From Bacillota bacterium (GTDB taxonomy: Bacteria > Bacillota > Sulfobacillia > JAJZYS01 > JAJZLH01): DNA of 61,276 bases. The stretch covers positions 1-61,276 of the forward strand of contig JAJZLH010000019.1 in NCBI GenBank assembly GCA_021803575.1, written 5' to 3'. Under the pieces are notes generated by a model. The model was not told the origin of the DNA and searched no databases. It was given only the letters and a program-made list of their open reading frames with translations. Numbering within the stretch: position 1 is the first letter of the stretch; each line of letters opens with the position of its first letter. Below are positions 50,381 through 61,276 of this stretch, one piece after another. The translations under genes and the position numbers were made by a program.

Positions 50381-50758
50381 TTACTTGGCCTGGGGCTTCT
50401 TGGCACCGTATCGGGAGCGCCCTTGCAGGCGCTGGCCGACACCGGCGGCGTCGAGGGTGCCTCGCACGATGTGGTAGCGGACGCCCGGCAGGTCCGGTAC
50501 GGCGCCGCCCCTGACCAGCACCACCGAGTGCTCCTGCAGGTTGTGGCCGATGCCGGGGATGTAGGCGGTGATCTCCATGCCGTTGGTGAGACGCACCCTG
50601 GCGATCTTGCGGAGCGCCGAGTTCGGTTTGCGGGGCGTGGTGGTCCTGACCTGCAGGCACACCCCCCGCCGCTGCGGCGAGCCCTTGAGGGCAGGCGAGG
50701 CCGACTTCACGGTCAGCCGCTTCCTGCCATGCCTCACCAGCTGGTTAATCGTCGGCAC
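50381..50758 (-). CDS. rpsL: 30S ribosomal protein S12
   Basis: [23 protein letters not shown] and DLPGVRYH motifs. Confidence 0.98.
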   Translation of the reverse strand: MPTINQLVRHGRKRLTVKSASPALKGSPQRRGVCLQVRTTTPRKPNSALRKIARVRLTNGMEITAYIPGIGHNLQEHSVVLVRGGAVPDLPGVRYHIVRGTLDAAGVGQRLQGRSRYGAKKPQAK

Positions 50759-51014
50759 CGATCGAGCCCTCCTTGATCAGGGCGGCGCAGGCCGCTCCCA
50801 CTTCGATCCCCACTGCCCGGCCGAGGTCGGCCATGGTCGGCACCTGGACGATCTCGCATCCCTTCTGCCGAGCCATCTCGGCCAGAGGAGCGATCAGGCC
50901 GACATCGGCATCCTGGGCCAGGTACAGCACCTGGACCCGGTCCTGCCTCAGTCGCTTCGTGGTTTCCCTGAGGCCCACCACCTGGCCGCTCCGGTGTTTT
51001 CCGAGGCGATTCAA
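50745..51014 (-). CDS. L7Ae/L30e family K-turn binding protein (YbxF-like)
   Basis: VVGLRET.K, LAQDAD and [12 protein letters not shown] motifs. Canonical position upstream of rpsL. Confidence 0.92.
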   Translation of the reverse strand: MNRLGKHRSGQVVGLRETTKRLRQDRVQVLYLAQDADVGLIAPLAEMARQKGCEIVQVPTMADLGRAVGIEVGAACAALIKEGSIGADD

Positions 51015-51044
51015 GGGCTGGCCCTCCTGGCAGACACGCAGGCT

Positions 51045-51073
51045 ATTCTACCGTCCGCCCCGAGCACTGTCAA
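51045..51073 (-). promoter_or_regulatory. Sigma-A promoter of the str operon
   Basis: TTGACA-N17-TAGAAT. Confidence 0.85.
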
Positions 51074-51080
51074 ACCAATC

Positions 51081-54566
<3,486 letters not shown>

Positions 54567-54581
54567 CTCTTCGGCCTCCTC

Positions 54582-58106
<3,525 letters not shown>

Positions 58107-58177
58107 CGGCAGGGTCCCTCCTTCAATTGCCGACAGGTATGCCCCGCCGGTCCGAAGCAAAGCAACATCAACTGCGA

Positions 58178-58206
58178 AGTATAACAAACCCACAAGGGGC
58201 GGTCAA
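58178..58206 (-). promoter_or_regulatory. Sigma-A promoter for rpoB
   Basis: TTGACC-N17-TATACT. Confidence 0.8.
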
Positions 58207-58223
58207 TGCGCTGACCGCCCCTT
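58194..58223 (-). terminator. Hairpin/terminator after rplL
   Basis: AAGGGGCGGTCA-N6-TGACCGCCCCTT perfect 12-bp stem, followed by a T/G-rich tract. Confidence 0.75.
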
Positions 58224-58236
58224 ATCGTTGACGACC

Positions 58237-58650
58237 CTACTTGATGACAGCGACGGCGCCGACTTCCTCCAGCTTGGCCTTGGCGACCTCCGCCTCGTCC
58301 TTGGTCACCTTCTCGCGCACCGTCTTGGGAGCCGCGTCCACCAGGTCCTTGGCCTCCTTGAGGCCGAGGTTGGTCAGCTCGCGCACCACCTTGATCACCT
58401 GGACCTTCTTGTCGCCGACCTCGGTCAGGACAACGTCGAAGGCGGTCTGCTCCTCCTCGGCCTCCGGTGCCTGGGCACTGGCGCCGCCCCCAGCGGCTGG
58501 CGCAGCCTGGGCGACCGCCACCGGGGCTGCCGACACCCCGAACGTCTCCTCGAATCCCTTGACCAGATCTGAGAGTTCGAGCACGCTCAGGCCCTTGATC
58601 GACTCCAGGATGTCCTCCACCTTGGATCCCTTCTCCGCCGTCTTCGCCAT
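58237..58650 (-). CDS. rplL: 50S ribosomal protein L7/L12
   Basis: EETFGVSAA and [20 protein letters not shown] motifs. Confidence 0.98.
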   Translation of the reverse strand: MAKTAEKGSKVEDILESIKGLSVLELSDLVKGFEETFGVSAAPVAVAQAAPAAGGGASAQAPEAEEEQTAFDVVLTEVGDKKVQVIKVVRELTNLGLKEAKDLVDAAPKTVREKVTKDEAEVAKAKLEEVGAVAVIK

Positions 58651-58713
58651 CATCGATCCTCCTCGTCGTCTTCGATCCGCATCCGGAACGGGACCGGTAC
58701 CATGTCGAGGCGC

Positions 58714-59229
58714 CTAGGCGGCCTTCGCCGCCAGCTGGCCGAGGGCACGGGCGAGGCGGCTGACCGGCGCCTCCAGATCCTGGGCCAGGCGGGTCAGCGG
58801 TGCCTGCAAGGTCCCGGCCAGCTGGGCCAGCAGCACCTCCCGGCTCGGCAGGGAGGCCACCCGGCGGATGTCCTCCTCGCCCAGGACCCGGCCGTCAATA
58901 ATGCCGGCCTTGGCCTGGATCTCCCGCACCTCACGCCGGAAATCCGCCACCAGTCTGGCCGGCTCCACCGCATCGGCGAAACCGAACAGCACTCCGGTGG
59001 TTCCGGTCAGGAAGGGCTCCAGGCCCTCCACTCCTGCCGCCTCCGCCGCCCGTCTGAGCAGCGTGTTCTTGACCACCCGGAACTCCAGGCCCTGGGCGCG
59101 CACCTGGCTGCGCAGCCGGGTGGCCTGCGCCACGGTCAGGCCCTGGAAGGAGACCAGTACGGAGCCCTTGGCCCTTCCCAGCCGGTCGGCCAGATGCTGG
59201 ACCTCAGCCACCTTCTCGGCACGGGGCAC
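58714..59229 (-). CDS. rplJ: 50S ribosomal protein L10
   Basis: GLTV, VVKNTL and LPSREVLLAQL motifs. GTG 59229 follows GGAGGTG. Confidence 0.98.
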   Translation of the reverse strand: MPRAEKVAEVQHLADRLGRAKGSVLVSFQGLTVAQATRLRSQVRAQGLEFRVVKNTLLRRAAEAAGVEGLEPFLTGTTGVLFGFADAVEPARLVADFRREVREIQAKAGIIDGRVLGEEDIRRVASLPSREVLLAQLAGTLQAPLTRLAQDLEAPVSRLARALGQLAAKAA

Positions 59230-59240
59230 ATCTCCACCTC

Positions 59241-59335
59241 CAACAAAAACACCTTGGCCACAGCCAAGGCGAACAGTGCTCGCCTCGGCGGGGTTTACGG
59301 GGATTGCCCCCACCCGCTGTCTCGGGCCAGATAGC
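59241..59335 (-). ncRNA. Ribosomal protein L10 leader (attenuator)
   Basis: CCGAGACAGCGGG...TAAA.CCCGCCGAGG core matches the L10 leader pattern. It is followed by a terminator CGCCTTGGC-TGTG-GCCAAGGTG-TTTTTGTT just before the SD. Confidence 0.85.
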
Positions 59336-59341
59336 CTGATT

Positions 59342-59370
59342 ACTTCATCACAGGCGAGGCGGGGTGTCAA
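59342..59370 (-). promoter_or_regulatory. Putative promoter of rplJ
   Basis: TTGACA-N17-TGAAGT with extended TG; weak -10. Confidence 0.5.
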
Positions 59371-59447
59371 GGACCTCGTCCTTGCTCAGCTCCCAGGTCG
59401 CCTGGCCTCTGCTGGACTCGGGTCGCCTGCAGGTGCTAAAACTTCTC

Positions 59448-60266
59448 ATGGACAAGAACGCACGAGAGACCAACCGGCGGAACTGGGATGCGCGCGCCCG
59501 GGTGCACGGCCAGGACCGCCTCTATGACTCTGCCCAGCTGGTGGCGGGCGCCTCCTCGCTGACTGACGTCGAGCTGGAAGGGCTTCGGCGTGCGGTGGGC
59601 CAGGTGGCTGGTTTGGACGTGATCCACCTGCAGTGCCACATCGGTTTCGACTCGATCAGCCTGGCACGACTCGGCGGCCGGGTCACAGGGCTGGACTTCT
59701 CGCCGGTCGCCTTGGCCAAGGCGGCGGCGCTGGCTGGTCAGTGCGGCGTTGAGGTGGCGTGGGTGGCGGCCGACGTCTGCGACCCGCCGGCCAGCCTGTT
59801 CGGCCGGTTCGACCTGGTCTATGCCACGATCGGCGTGCTCTGCTGGATCGAGGACATCGACGCCTGGATGAGCGCCGCCCACCACCTGTTGCGGCCGGGA
59901 GGCACCCTCTTGCTGGTGGAGCTGCATCCGTTTCAGTTCATGATCGACACGACCGATCCCCTGGTGTTCGACTTCCCGTACAGCTTCGACGGGCCCCATC
60001 GGCTGGACAGTGCGGGCAGCTACACAGACCCAAGCGCCGACATCAAGGCCACTCAGACGGTTCAGTACGCCCACAGCGTGGGTGAGGTGGTCACCGCCGC
60101 CATCGAAGCCGGTCTGGTCGTGCGATGGCTGGCTGAGCGCACCAATGCCCCCCGTGATTTCCGGGGCGACCTTGTCGGTCCAGAGGCGGACGGCAGGTAC
60201 CGGCTGCGCCTCGGCGCCGAGGCTGCTCCCATGCTGTACACGGTGGTGGCGGACCGCCCGGTCTAA
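59448..60266 (+). CDS. Class I SAM-dependent methyltransferase
   Basis: NRRNWD, HLQCHIG.DS, TGLDFS, FDLVY..GVLCW and LRPGG motifs. Confidence 0.9.
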   Translation: MDKNARETNRRNWDARARVHGQDRLYDSAQLVAGASSLTDVELEGLRRAVGQVAGLDVIHLQCHIGFDSISLARLGGRVTGLDFSPVALAKAAALAGQCGVEVAWVAADVCDPPASLFGRFDLVYATIGVLCWIEDIDAWMSAAHHLLRPGGTLLLVELHPFQFMIDTTDPLVFDFPYSFDGPHRLDSAGSYTDPSADIKATQTVQYAHSVGEVVTAAIEAGLVVRWLAERTNAPRDFRGDLVGPEADGRYRLRLGAEAAPMLYTVVADRPV

Positions 60267-60332
60267 GTCGCAGACCTCCAGGCTGGTGGATCGGCATCAC
60301 TGCCGCTGCGGGCCAAGCCTGCGCCTTTGCGA

Positions 60333-61276
60333 TCAGGCGTGCGCTAGGAGCATGCCCAAGCCAAACGTGATCCCACCTTCGATGGCCCCGACCAGCGTCA
60401 TCTCGAATCCGGAGGCTGCCCAGTGGCGGGCAGTCACCAGCGTCTTCAGCGCCCCGACTGCAAAGTGGGCGGCCAGGGAGACGACTGCCGCCACCAGCAC
60501 GGCTGGAATGCCGGAGAGGAAGAAGAAGGGGATCACCGGGATGATGGCTCCCACCGCTGTGGCGGCCGATGAACTGATCGCCGACCGGATCGGGTTGATC
60601 GGACTCTCCCGGCTGAGACCTAACTCCTCTTGGACTAAGGTGGCCAGCATGACGTCTGGCTGGGTTGCCAGTCTGGCCACCAACTCGTGCGACTCCGCTT
60701 CAGTGAGGCCCTTGAGTTGATAGAAGAGGGCCAGCTCCTCTTGTTCTTCTTGCGGCGACTCTTCCAGTTCGCGCTTCTCACGAGCGATCTCCGCCTCGTT
60801 CACCTCGGTTTGCGCTTTGGCCGCCAGATAGGCACCGGACCCCATCGACAGGGCTGAGGCGAACATGCCGGCCAGGCCGGAAATGACCACAAAGTGGCCG
60901 CTGCCGCCGGTGTAGCCGGCGACGCCGGAAACGATCCCGAAGATGGCTCCCAACCCGTCGTTGGCACCGTAAATCGCATCGCCCACCCACCCGCTGGAGC
61001 GGGTCACGTGCCAGCGCTCGCGGCCAAGCAGGCGATCTAGTGCCGAAGCTGGACCTTGGGCGCCAACCAGTGCGGACAAACTCTCAGCGTGACCTGCCTC
61101 CTCTTTGGCCATCTGAGCGACCGACTGACGCAACTCGCCCGTGGGCAGCCAAGCCAACAGGTCCCGGTACTTGCCAACGTCCTGTTGCTCGTCCGCCTCC
61201 AGCCGCTTCAGCCACTCGCTGCTGGTCATGGTCCGGCGCTCGGCTGCCAGCTTGCTGAGGACGTCGTGGCGACTGG
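60333..61276 (-). CDS. VIT1/CCC1 family transporter with N-terminal ferritin/rubrerythrin-like domain (5'-truncated)
   Basis: EEAGH (ExxH), DAIYGANDGL and ALSMGSGAYL motifs. The frame stays open past ATG 61229 to the window edge. Confidence 0.88.
   Translation of the reverse strand, partial: SRHDVLSKLAAERRTMTSSEWLKRLEADEQQDVGKYRDLLAWLPTGELRQSVAQMAKEEAGHAESLSALVGAQGPASALDRLLGRERWHVTRSSGWVGDAIYGANDGLGAIFGIVSGVAGYTGGSGHFVVISGLAGMFASALSMGSGAYLAAKAQTEVNEAEIAREKRELEESPQEEQEELALFYQLKGLTEAESHELVARLATQPDVMLATLVQEELGLSRESPINPIRSAISSSAATAVGAIIPVIPFFFLSGIPAVLVAAVVSLAAHFAVGALKTLVTARHWAASGFEMTLVGAIEGGITFGLGMLLAHA

Overview
High-GC (about 70% by eye) bacterial chromosome segment. The gene order (L7Ae-family gene before rpsL; adk-map-KOW-infA; Firmicute-length RpoC; Cys-rich EF-Tu loop) points to a GC-rich Bacillota lineage, by inference. 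The right half (~29.5-59.3 kb, minus strand) is one uninterrupted translation/transcription supercluster: rplJ-rplL-rpoB-rpoC-L7Ae-rpsL-rpsG-fusA-tuf-S10-spc-alpha-truA-rplM-rpsI. It carries an L10 leader and several clear sigma-A promoters. The left half holds a FitAB/VapBC toxin-antitoxin pair, a nitrilase-pair/thioesterase/SIS/phosphoesterase operon, a SWIM-like protein with an IMPase, a MoxR-DUF58-transglutaminase triad, an MFS transporter, a degenerate Mrp, a heterodimeric ABC exporter, nth, a fused EtfBA, a DtxR-family/NRAMP-like metal locus, tRNA-Arg(CCG), mntP, arginase and a CCA-family nucleotidyltransferase. I saw no integrase, transposase or CRISPR array. The most unusual observations are: (1) substitutions at normally near-invariant, antibiotic-contact residues in S12 and RpoB/RpoC; (2) an L30 with a ~125-aa histone-H1-like tail; (3) several apparent pseudo-enzymes, including a catalytically dead nitrilase coupled to an intact one in an uncharacterised operon; (4) a Mg-type NRAMP-related transporter under a DtxR-type operator, with a separate micro-membrane protein; (5) probable CTG start codons.
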